From an uncultured virus (IMG/VR IMGVR_UViG_3300029319_000022) (lineage: Duplodnaviria; Heunggongvirae; Uroviricota; Caudoviricetes): a stretch of DNA of 64,000 bases. A model generated the notes under the pieces. It had not been told where the DNA came from. It saw nothing but the letters and a program-made list of their open reading frames with translations, and ran no database searches. Positions 7,696 through 14,589 of the stretch are shown piece after piece. Location of the stretch: the IMG/VR virus record IMGVR_UViG_3300029319_000022; one strand, 5' to 3'. Numbering within the stretch: the first letter of the stretch is position 1; the number at the start of each line of letters is the position of its first letter. Made by a program: the position numbers and the translations under genes.

Positions 7696-7774
7696 AGTAA
7701 CTCGTTAAGTATCAACGACTTACGCAAGAAGGGCGGCCCGCGCCGCGTAACTCGTTGGCTGTCAACGAGTTACG
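7696..7774. repeat. 79-bp double-palindrome element, copy 7
   Basis: AGTAACTCGTT-AAGTATC-AACGACTTACG + CAAGAAGGGCGGCCCGCGCCG + CGTAACTCGTT-GGCTGTC-AACGAGTTACG; only 32 bp from copy 6. Confidence 0.95.
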
Positions 7775-7783
7775 TAAGGTTAT

Positions 7784-7933
7784 TTATTTTTCTATCAGCT
7801 GACTCAATTCTCTCATTTTGTCAAGAATTATTTTTGATTTTTCTCGGCGACTTAACTGATCAGATTTTTCAACCCACTGGCAAAATTCTCCGATGACTCT
7901 GATTTTTTCTCTGGTGGCAAACTTATTTTTCAT
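7784..7933 (-). CDS. small helical protein (49 aa), paralog of 8581..8790
   Basis: MKNKFATREKIRVIGEFCQWVEKSDQLSRREKSKIILDKMRELSQLIEK read by eye; own promoter. Confidence 0.7.
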   Translation of the reverse strand: MKNKFATREKIRVIGEFCQWVEKSDQLSRREKSKIILDKMRELSQLIEK

Positions 7934-7938
7934 ATCTG

Positions 7939-7967
7939 AATTTAACACAGAATTTTATTTAACGCAA
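7939..7967 (-). promoter_or_regulatory. sigma70-type leaderless promoter
   Basis: TTGCGT-17-TAAATT with TG extension, 5 nt to ATG. Confidence 0.7.
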
Positions 7968-7976
7968 GTTTTTATT

Positions 7977-8201
7977 TTATTTTTTTTCAAACTCTCGCAG
8001 AAGTTTTTCTGCGTTAGCTCTGAAGTCTCCAGAGATCGCCACATCCAAAGCCAACCAGACGATGTTGCGAACTGTTCGCTTGTCATCGGTGGCAAGCTCT
8101 TTACAGATGAGATCTGTCAACAAGTCAGCATCCTCAATGTAACGAGGTGCAGATTTAAGGGCGAGGCAAGCGATGTCGTAAGTATTGATATTATTTTTCA
8201 T
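7977..8201 (-). CDS. hypothetical protein (MKNNINTYDIAC...)
   Basis: ORF track; start moved to ATG 8201. Confidence 0.7.
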   Translation of the reverse strand: MKNNINTYDIACLALKSAPRYIEDADLLTDLICKELATDDKRTVRNIVWLALDVAISGDFRANAEKLLREFEKK

Positions 8202-8206
8202 GCCTG

Positions 8207-8235
8207 AATATAACACAGGTGCAGAGAAAAAGCAA
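8207..8235 (-). promoter_or_regulatory. sigma70-type leaderless promoter
   Basis: TTGCTT-17-TATATT with TG extension. Confidence 0.75.
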
Positions 8236-8302
8236 GTAAAAAGTTTATTTTTTTTCGATTATTTTTTTGTATAATGCCCGATAACCGCCTTTTGACTACT
8301 TT

Positions 8303-8381
8303 AGTAAGTCGTTAAGCGTCAACGACTTACGCAGGACGGGCCGCCCGCGGTGCGTAACTCGTTGAGTGTCAACGACTTACG
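8303..8381. repeat. 79-bp double-palindrome element, copy 8
   Basis: AGTAAGTCGTT-AAGCGTC-AACGACTTACG + CAGGACGGGCCGCCCGCGGTG + CGTAACTCGTT-GAGTGTC-AACGACTTACG. Confidence 0.95.
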
Positions 8382-8412
8382 AAGGTTTTTTTAGCACACT
8401 CTCGCCGACCTG

Positions 8413-8571
8413 TCAAGTATTTTTTTTACTTTTTTTGTCAAGTATTTTTTTCCATTTTTTTTGCGCGCCGTCGGCGGTTCCTTCAGATCTTAGAAGAATC
8501 TTAAAAGTTTCCCAAGGTGGTTTAGGCGCTCTTAACGAGCGCCACATTTTCATTCGTTCGTTTGGTGTCAT
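8413..8571 (-). CDS. possible small basic protein (52 aa, MTPNERMKMWRSL...)
   Basis: ORF read by eye, 9 nt after the upstream stop; 3' half is low complexity. Confidence 0.35.
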   Translation of the reverse strand: MTPNERMKMWRSLRAPKPPWETFKILLRSEGTADGAQKKWKKILDKKSKKNT

Positions 8572-8580
8572 GTTAGAGAT

Positions 8581-8790
8581 TTATCTTTTAAGAATTTTTA
8601 CTAGTGACTTGATAGGCTTTGCCACAGCGTCTGCCTCAGCTTGAAGTGCTGACAGCTCTCGCATTTTCTTAGTGACGAAGTCAGCTTTTTCATTAGCTGA
8701 GAGATCATCTCTGCCCATTGCCCAATCACATAAATCTGCGATGGCTGACATTTCTGCGGTAAGTTTTAAAAGTTTATCAGTGTTTTTCAT
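8581..8790 (-). CDS. small helical protein, paralog of 7784..7933
   Basis: ORF track; own promoter. Confidence 0.7.
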   Translation of the reverse strand: MKNTDKLLKLTAEMSAIADLCDWAMGRDDLSANEKADFVTKKMRELSALQAEADAVAKPIKSLVKILKR

Positions 8791-8796
8791 GATTTA

Positions 8797-8825
8797 AGTT
8801 TACCACAGATTTTTATTTAACGCAA
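8797..8825 (-). promoter_or_regulatory. sigma70-type leaderless promoter
   Basis: TTGCGT-17-TAAACT with TG extension. Confidence 0.75.
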
Positions 8826-8829
8826 GTAT

Positions 8830-9012
8830 TTATTTTGTTTTTTTATAGAATTCTTGATTCATGAGTGCCTCGGCAATCTCATCGGCTAGCTCTTTAAAGT
8901 TTTTTGAAGTTGGACCAATTGGCAAAATGCCATGATCCATGAGACGGCTTTGGGCCTCTGTTAAACATTTGATGTAGTCGGTATCTGTTAAGTGCTTAGG
9001 TGCTTTTTTCAT
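8830..9012 (-). CDS. hypothetical protein
   Basis: ORF track; own promoter. Confidence 0.7.
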   Translation of the reverse strand: MKKAPKHLTDTDYIKCLTEAQSRLMDHGILPIGPTSKNFKELADEIAEALMNQEFYKKTK

Positions 9013-9018
9013 GATTTA

Positions 9019-9051
9019 AGTATACTCGATCTTGCGCCGAAGCGCAAGATC
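9019..9051 (-). promoter_or_regulatory. leaderless promoter whose -35 box and spacer form a TTCG-loop hairpin
   Basis: TTGCGC-17-TATACT; GATCTTGCGC-TTCG-GCGCAAGATC. Confidence 0.7.
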
Positions 9052-9065
9052 TTTTTAATGTTTTT

Positions 9066-9317
9066 TTACCAAGCTAACTCATGCGAGCTTCTCCTATCTG
9101 CATCTCGTCTAGCTTCATCTAGCGCGGCCCACTCTTCGGCCTCTTCGCGCTCCATCATTTCGATTACTTCACCTTCAGAAAACAGGTATCCGTCTTCGTC
9201 GATAAAGCTATCGCCATTTACTGGCTTCAGATTTTTATCCTCTGCGAACTGATATAATTCTTTCTCGAATTCTGATAACTCAAGACCTTCTAGTGAATCT
9301 ATTTTAATTTTTTCCAT
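9066..9317 (-). CDS. highly acidic small protein
   Basis: ORF track; very D/E-rich. Confidence 0.7.
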   Translation of the reverse strand: MEKIKIDSLEGLELSEFEKELYQFAEDKNLKPVNGDSFIDEDGYLFSEGEVIEMMEREEAEEWAALDEARRDADRRSSHELAW

Positions 9318-9322
9318 GATTA

Positions 9323-9351
9323 AGTTTACTCTACTTTTTATTTAAACGCAA
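9323..9351 (-). promoter_or_regulatory. sigma70-type leaderless promoter
   Basis: TTGCGT-17-TAAACT, 5 nt to ATG. Confidence 0.75.
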
Positions 9352-9367
9352 GATCTTTTTTGTTTTT

Positions 9368-9598
9368 TTATATGCTCAACTTGTTGAGCATAGGAGACCA
9401 ATCACGGCTGACCATGTCGGCTAAACTTTCGCTTATGTCATCGATGGAGTCGATGGCGATCTCCTGCTCGCCTCCGTCTTGATCCATACCCCACACAAAC
9501 CCATTTTCGAAGTCTGTATCTACCACGACAAACCACTCACCACGCGCGGTGAACTCAACTCCATTACCTAAACGATTGATTAATTCTTTATTTTTCAT
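9368..9598 (-). CDS. hypothetical acidic protein
   Basis: ORF track; own promoter. Confidence 0.7.
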   Translation of the reverse strand: MKNKELINRLGNGVEFTARGEWFVVVDTDFENGFVWGMDQDGGEQEIAIDSIDDISESLADMVSRDWSPMLNKLSI

Positions 9599-9604
9599 AC
9601 TGTA

Positions 9605-9633
9605 AGTATACCACAGAATCGCATAAAAGTAAA
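9605..9633 (-). promoter_or_regulatory. sigma70-type leaderless promoter
   Basis: TTTACT-17-TATACT with TG extension, 6 nt to ATG. Confidence 0.75.
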
Positions 9634-9830
9634 GCTTTTTTTACATTTTTTTTTATTTTTTTTTATTAATATTTTGCTTGACAAGTACCCTACCCCATTT
9701 CTAGAAAAAACTTGACAAGATATACGTAGCAAGTCGCGGGGGGTGTCCGATTTCAATTTCTAAATGACGTTCACCGCATGAATATTTTTCATGGTAGCGT
9801 AGACTGAGCAGAGTGTAAAACACTGTGCCC

Positions 9831-10097
9831 ATGCACAAAAACAAAAAACTAATTAAGGAAATTAGAATGCGCCGAAACAAAGTTCGGTTTGAGCGTTACT
9901 ATGTTGATGGAGTGCCAAAGTTTTTAATTTACGCGGAAGGGCCGCATTATCAAATATGGAAGCGGGTGAACGCAGATTACTATATCGCGAAGGAGAGTTT
10001 TTATAGATATAGATTTTTTGTGTGGTTTATTGATTTGTTTAATGATTTTTATCCTGTTACAAGACTTATATGTTTATTGATGAATAAATTGATATGA
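9831..10097 (+). CDS. hypothetical protein
   Basis: ORF track; GTGTAA at 9813. Confidence 0.5.
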   Translation: MHKNKKLIKEIRMRRNKVRFERYYVDGVPKFLIYAEGPHYQIWKRVNADYYIAKESFYRYRFFVWFIDLFNDFYPVTRLICLLMNKLI

Positions 10098-10181
10098 CCC
10101 CCCGTTTTTGTAAAAAAATATAAATCGGGGGCAATTTAATTTTTATTGTTTAAAAAAAATAATCGGCACGTATAATTTGGT

Positions 10182-10343
10182 ATGCCGCTTGATTTAATCA
10201 CAAAGTATGTCCCATTGGTAGCTGGGATTATGTATACATTTGTTGCGACTGCCTATTTTTTAAAAAAAGAATATGGTTGGGGTATAATCTGGATATCATA
10301 TGCTACTGCTAATTTTGGGCTTATAGTAGTTGGTAATGAATAA
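10182..10343 (+). CDS. small protein with two transmembrane helices (53 aa, MPLDLITKYVPLVAGIMY...)
   Basis: ORF read by eye; two hydrophobic segments. Confidence 0.6.
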   Translation: MPLDLITKYVPLVAGIMYTFVATAYFLKKEYGWGIIWISYATANFGLIVVGNE

Positions 10344-10361
10344 TAGGTGTAATAAACTGGG

Positions 10362-11207
10362 ATGAGTTTATTATATAGTGAAGTTCCTGTTTATGTGGGC
10401 GCGGCAAACGCTACAACTATAACAGAGAATACTGCTTATGTGCCAGCTTTGGATGCTAGTGTAGATTTTGGCGCACAATTAGTTGGTAAAAGGTTTTTGG
10501 GGCAGGATGTAACATCAACCGATCAATTTAAGACAGCTGGTCCTCGTGAGGCTTCTATTTCTATAAAAGCTATATTAGATCCATTTACTGATGCGGCATT
10601 TGCATTTGCAAAGTCTAGTAATCAGGATGCGTCTTTTCCTATAAGAATTGGAAACAATACATATCAGGATTGTTTCTTGAGTGATTTTAGTTTATCTGTT
10701 GATAATTTCGCGCCAGTTACAATTGATGCTAATTTTGTTTCTCTTTCGCCGCCTACTGGTGGTAATGTTTCTGGAGATGCAAGCCCTTATGCAGGTGGAA
10801 CTATACCATTTGATCCTGATGATATTGTGTATGGTTATACCTGTAGTTTGTCAAATGCTACTCAAGCTGTTGGAAATGTTCAGTATAGAGTAAGTTACAA
10901 AAAGACTTTCAATAGAACTCCTGTTTATACTTTGGGCGCGGCCAATGCTACTTCTATGTTACTTAATGGAGTTGAATCTGAGATGAGCATAGAATCGACT
11001 GGTTTAAATTCTTTGATTGATTTTAGTGGTGGGGCCATAAGTTCTGATGTGACTTTGGGATTAAATAATATAGATGGAGATGGATTATCCACAAACCTAC
11101 CTAATGTTGTCATGGTTAACGGTTCGAAAGTTGTTACCCAGAGTTACAGCATAGCAGGTAGTGATACTGTAAATACAAGAGCAACAATAAAACAAATAGA
11201 TTTATAA
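10362..11207 (+). CDS. virion structural protein, tail-tube-like (paralog of 35385..36200)
   Basis: S/T/G/N-rich beta composition; shared motifs (FLSDFSLSV..APV vs YLNNWSINC..APV; NRTPVYTLG vs NRKPYYSIG). Confidence 0.6.
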   Translation: MSLLYSEVPVYVGAANATTITENTAYVPALDASVDFGAQLVGKRFLGQDVTSTDQFKTAGPREASISIKAILDPFTDAAFAFAKSSNQDASFPIRIGNNTYQDCFLSDFSLSVDNFAPVTIDANFVSLSPPTGGNVSGDASPYAGGTIPFDPDDIVYGYTCSLSNATQAVGNVQYRVSYKKTFNRTPVYTLGAANATSMLLNGVESEMSIESTGLNSLIDFSGGAISSDVTLGLNNIDGDGLSTNLPNVVMVNGSKVVTQSYSIAGSDTVNTRATIKQIDL

Positions 11208-11692
11208 TGGATTTAGAATTAGATTTTAGCGACGAAATAAGGGCTAAGTGGAGTATGAAGCGCAAGCGTAAGATTGATTGCGACAACCCCAAAGGATTTA
11301 GTCAGAAGCAGTATTGTAAAAGACAAGAGCGAGGTGGAGCATACAAAACAAAAGCAGATGAAAAAAGAACCCCCGAAAAAAGAAAAGATGGCACTAAGAG
11401 GCCAAAGTCTGAACATTCTGATTTGTATACAGATGAAGACCCCAAAGGTACTATAAAAGGGCTTGGATTCAAAGATGCTGAGACTGCTAAAAAAAGTGTT
11501 GCTATTATTGAGAAAGCAAGAAGGCCACATAAACATAAAGTGCAAGCCACCATGGCTATGGAGCAAAGATCTAGGTTTGCAGCTAAAAATGCTAAAGATC
11601 CTGAGAAAAAGAAAAAACTCACTGCCGCGAATAAAATATATAAAGCTTATCTAGAAAAATTAAAGAAAAGGACTAAGGAGCGAAACAAATAG
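11207..11692 (+). CDS. basic modular phage protein (possible internal head protein)
   Basis: DCDNPKGFSQKQYC and HSDLYTDEDPKGTIKGLGFKD modules, recalled from aquatic phage hypothetical proteins. Confidence 0.6.
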   Translation: MDLELDFSDEIRAKWSMKRKRKIDCDNPKGFSQKQYCKRQERGGAYKTKADEKRTPEKRKDGTKRPKSEHSDLYTDEDPKGTIKGLGFKDAETAKKSVAIIEKARRPHKHKVQATMAMEQRSRFAAKNAKDPEKKKKLTAANKIYKAYLEKLKKRTKERNK

Positions 11693-11707
11693 GTGTAAAT
11701 ATAATAA

Positions 11708-12427
11708 ATGCCCCGAAAAAAATCGAGTCAATCTTCACCATTTGATTTTAGCTCTCAAATACACTCTATAAACTTCAAGCAAAGGGAGTTTAACTTTTCC
11801 AACAAACAGCAGTTATTGCTAGAGGCAGTCTTAGATCCTGAGATGAAAATTATTTTTGTTTCAGGGCCAGCGGGATCTAGTAAGACTTACATGTCAGTTT
11901 ATGGCTGTTTACAGATAATGGCTAAAGATTTTAGTAAAGATCTAATATACATAAGAAGTATTGCTGAAAGTGCTGACAAAGGATTAGGCAGTTTGCCTGG
12001 AGATATATCAGATAAGTTCAATCCGTTTTTGATGCCGCTTTACGATAAGTTGGATGAAATGGTACATGAAGGCGATACAGCCTACATGAAAAAAATAGAA
12101 CGCATATCGGCAGTGCCAATTAACTTTTTAAGAGGAGCTAACTGGAACAATAAGCTCATTGTGGCAGATGAGGCTCAAAACTTTACATTTAAAGAATTAA
12201 CTACTCTGATTACTAGAATAGGTGAGAATACAAAATTAATTATATGCGGCGATTTCATGCAGAGCGACATAAACGGCAGAAGCGGGTTCAAAGAAATGTT
12301 TGATCTGTTTAATTGTGAAGAATCTAAAGAGCAAGGTATAACTTCATTTAAGTTCAACAACAGAGATATAGTTAGAAGTAAAATTTTAAAATATATTGTA
12401 TCTAAGATAGAAAAACACAAAAAATAA
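11708..12427 (+). CDS. phoH: PhoH-family ATPase
   Basis: GPAGSSKT Walker A, LGSLPGD, FLRG, DEAQN, TRIGE, GDFMQSD, DIVRS. Confidence 0.95.
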   Translation: MPRKKSSQSSPFDFSSQIHSINFKQREFNFSNKQQLLLEAVLDPEMKIIFVSGPAGSSKTYMSVYGCLQIMAKDFSKDLIYIRSIAESADKGLGSLPGDISDKFNPFLMPLYDKLDEMVHEGDTAYMKKIERISAVPINFLRGANWNNKLIVADEAQNFTFKELTTLITRIGENTKLIICGDFMQSDINGRSGFKEMFDLFNCEESKEQGITSFKFNNRDIVRSKILKYIVSKIEKHKK

Positions 12428-12562
12428 TTGTATTATTATATAACAAGGCAACCGTCTAAGCGACAGCGGCCATCAGCTTTTTTTAAAATTGAGACAATGA
12501 TCTTGTTACTTAAATATAATAAAATAGAAAAAAAATCAATTTTAATCTATAATATATAGCTT

Positions 12563-12913
12563 ATGAGCCATTTTTTTTGTTATAGTTGCGGATTCAAAAT
12601 ACAGTACTCTCGTGTCAAGCCCAATTTTTGTTCTAAGTGCGGGCAGCAATTGGGAGTTACTACAGCCTCAAGTGTCAATACGTTAAGTAAGCCCTCTTTA
12701 GAGGACTTAGACTTAGCAGATGATGAGACAGCATGTGATTCAATTCCAAATATCTCAAAGATACAAGTCGAATATTCATCCGAAACTTATCAAACTCATA
12801 CACTGGGTTCATTAGCAGGAGAGCCACCACATAAAAGTGCTGGCAGAAAACCGCGTTCTAAGTCTGTTAATGAATTCCTTGATGAAAAGAGATCCGAAAA
12901 AGAAAACTTATGA
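12563..12913 (+). CDS. zinc-ribbon protein
   Basis: FCYSCG...PNFCSKCG. Confidence 0.75.
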   Translation: MSHFFCYSCGFKIQYSRVKPNFCSKCGQQLGVTTASSVNTLSKPSLEDLDLADDETACDSIPNISKIQVEYSSETYQTHTLGSLAGEPPHKSAGRKPRSKSVNEFLDEKRSEKENL

Positions 12914-13553
12914 GGAATGCTATGAGATAATCGACCAAGCCATTCAAAAACAAAAATATAAATGGAGATTGAATGCTATCAAATGGTTCGATTTTGAGGA
13001 TGTACAACAAATAATAAAAAGCCACATAGCTAAGAAGTGGCACATGTGGGATCAGTCACGCCCGCTTGAACCTTGGATTGGTAGGATCATATCAAACCAG
13101 CTTAGGAATTTATTAAGGAATCATTATGGTAATTATACAAATCCTTGTAAATCTATGCATTTGCCAAATCACAACCCTTTGAAGTGTCAGGTTTGTTGCA
13201 AATGGGAAAAAACTAAAAAAATTGGTTTGCAGATTAAGATACCTTTGTCTGTAGAGGATTATTCTAAAGAAATACAGAACAAACAACAAGATAATTTTGA
13301 TTTTAAAAGTTCATTAGAAAAGCTTGATAAACTAATGAAAAAAAAATTAAGCCCGATTCATTACAAGGCTTATAGAATGCTGTACTTTGAAAAGAAAACT
13401 GAGCAAGATGTGGCAAAGTACATGGGTTATAAAATATCCGCACAAAAAAATAAGTTAGGTTACAGGCAAGTTAAAAACTTAAAAAAGAAGTTTCTACAAA
13501 CGGCCATAGATTTACTAAAAGAAAACGATATTATTGATGATGGAACTATCTGA
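12882..13553 (+). CDS. phage sigma70-like factor
   Basis: region-2-like DFEDVQQ..WDQSRPLEPWIGRIISNQLRNLLRN; C-terminal HTH (TEQDVAKYMGY); ATG at 12882. Confidence 0.7.
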   Translation: MKRDPKKKTYEECYEIIDQAIQKQKYKWRLNAIKWFDFEDVQQIIKSHIAKKWHMWDQSRPLEPWIGRIISNQLRNLLRNHYGNYTNPCKSMHLPNHNPLKCQVCCKWEKTKKIGLQIKIPLSVEDYSKEIQNKQQDNFDFKSSLEKLDKLMKKKLSPIHYKAYRMLYFEKKTEQDVAKYMGYKISAQKNKLGYRQVKNLKKKFLQTAIDLLKENDIIDDGTI

Positions 13554-14589
13554 AGAGCAAAAAAAGTTTATAGACGAAAATGCTACTAAAATCAAAAACT
13601 TAATTGATTTGACTAAGCAGTGTTTTCAAGATGACACTTTAGATGGCAGATCTAAACAGGGCCGCGCTGTCAGAAAGTATTTAGTTGAGAATTGTATTGA
13701 TTACAAAACAACGGGTCGTGAACAAGTCGAAGCCATAGAACTAACACAACAACAAAAGGATTTTATACTTGAGCAAGCCGAACAAGGCTTGTCATCGCTT
13801 GAAATAGCAAAAATAATATTTGCCGATAGGCAAGTCAAGCCGCTATCAAATGAGCAAAGGACAGTATTAGCATACATTAGAGAGATAAATCCCGACATAA
13901 TGCCATCACAAGACAGTGGTGCGCTGCATTCATACATTGCACCGAAGTCTACGAGTAGAATCATCAAAAAAATCAATGATGCCACTGGTCTAGGCTTAGA
14001 TGACTCTAAGATTAACAGGCAAACGCAAATTTGTATTGAAAAGTTAGGGGTCAATTTGAACAACTCGCGTTTTTTAAAAATAATTAATAATTATTTAAAT
14101 GAATCAGATAGAGTTCTTTTTGAGCATGAATTTGTTAGACTGACTTGGGATAAGCCAGACCTAACTGCGGATGAGATAAATTTATATCTCAACGCATGCA
14201 AGGAAGTTATCAACCTTGAGGTTATAAGCAGTCACTTGAATAAACTTAACGATATGTTTGACGTAGCTGATGATCAAACAGATATGAGCGTTAGGTTAGC
14301 TGAGATAATCAAAGCAAAATCACAAGAATATCATCAATGCGAGACTAGAATAGAAAACCTAACTAAAAAGCTTCAGGGTGACCGTGCTGAGAGAATGAAA
14401 AAGTCTCAGAAAGAAAATGCATCATTTCTTTCGATAGTGCAACTCTTTCAAGAGGAGGAGGAGCGCAAAAACATGATTAGAATCGCTGAGATGCAAAAAT
14501 TAGCGGTCAAAGAGGAATCTGAAAAGTTGGAGGGTATGGCTGAGTGGAAAGCTAGAATTTTAGGGATAGGACCAAGCGATGTCATTTAA
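13537..14589 (+). CDS. packaging-region protein with HTH and coiled coil (possible terminase small subunit)
   Basis: GLSSLEIAKIIF HTH-like segment; long coiled coil; located upstream of the large terminase. Confidence 0.45.
   Translation: MMELSEEQKKFIDENATKIKNLIDLTKQCFQDDTLDGRSKQGRAVRKYLVENCIDYKTTGREQVEAIELTQQQKDFILEQAEQGLSSLEIAKIIFADRQVKPLSNEQRTVLAYIREINPDIMPSQDSGALHSYIAPKSTSRIIKKINDATGLGLDDSKINRQTQICIEKLGVNLNNSRFLKIINNYLNESDRVLFEHEFVRLTWDKPDLTADEINLYLNACKEVINLEVISSHLNKLNDMFDVADDQTDMSVRLAEIIKAKSQEYHQCETRIENLTKKLQGDRAERMKKSQKENASFLSIVQLFQEEEERKNMIRIAEMQKLAVKEESEKLEGMAEWKARILGIGPSDVI

Noticed and set aside
690..8381. CRISPR array interpretation of the 29-bp palindromic repeats
   Set aside because: The repeats come in pairs around a conserved 21-bp linker rather than unique spacers, the pairs are separated by up to 2 kb of genes, and no cas genes are visible.
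690..8381. Elements as intrinsic terminators or IS/MITE ends
   Set aside because: There are no consistent U tracts, a separate true terminator exists beside copy 2, and no transposase or target-site duplications were seen.
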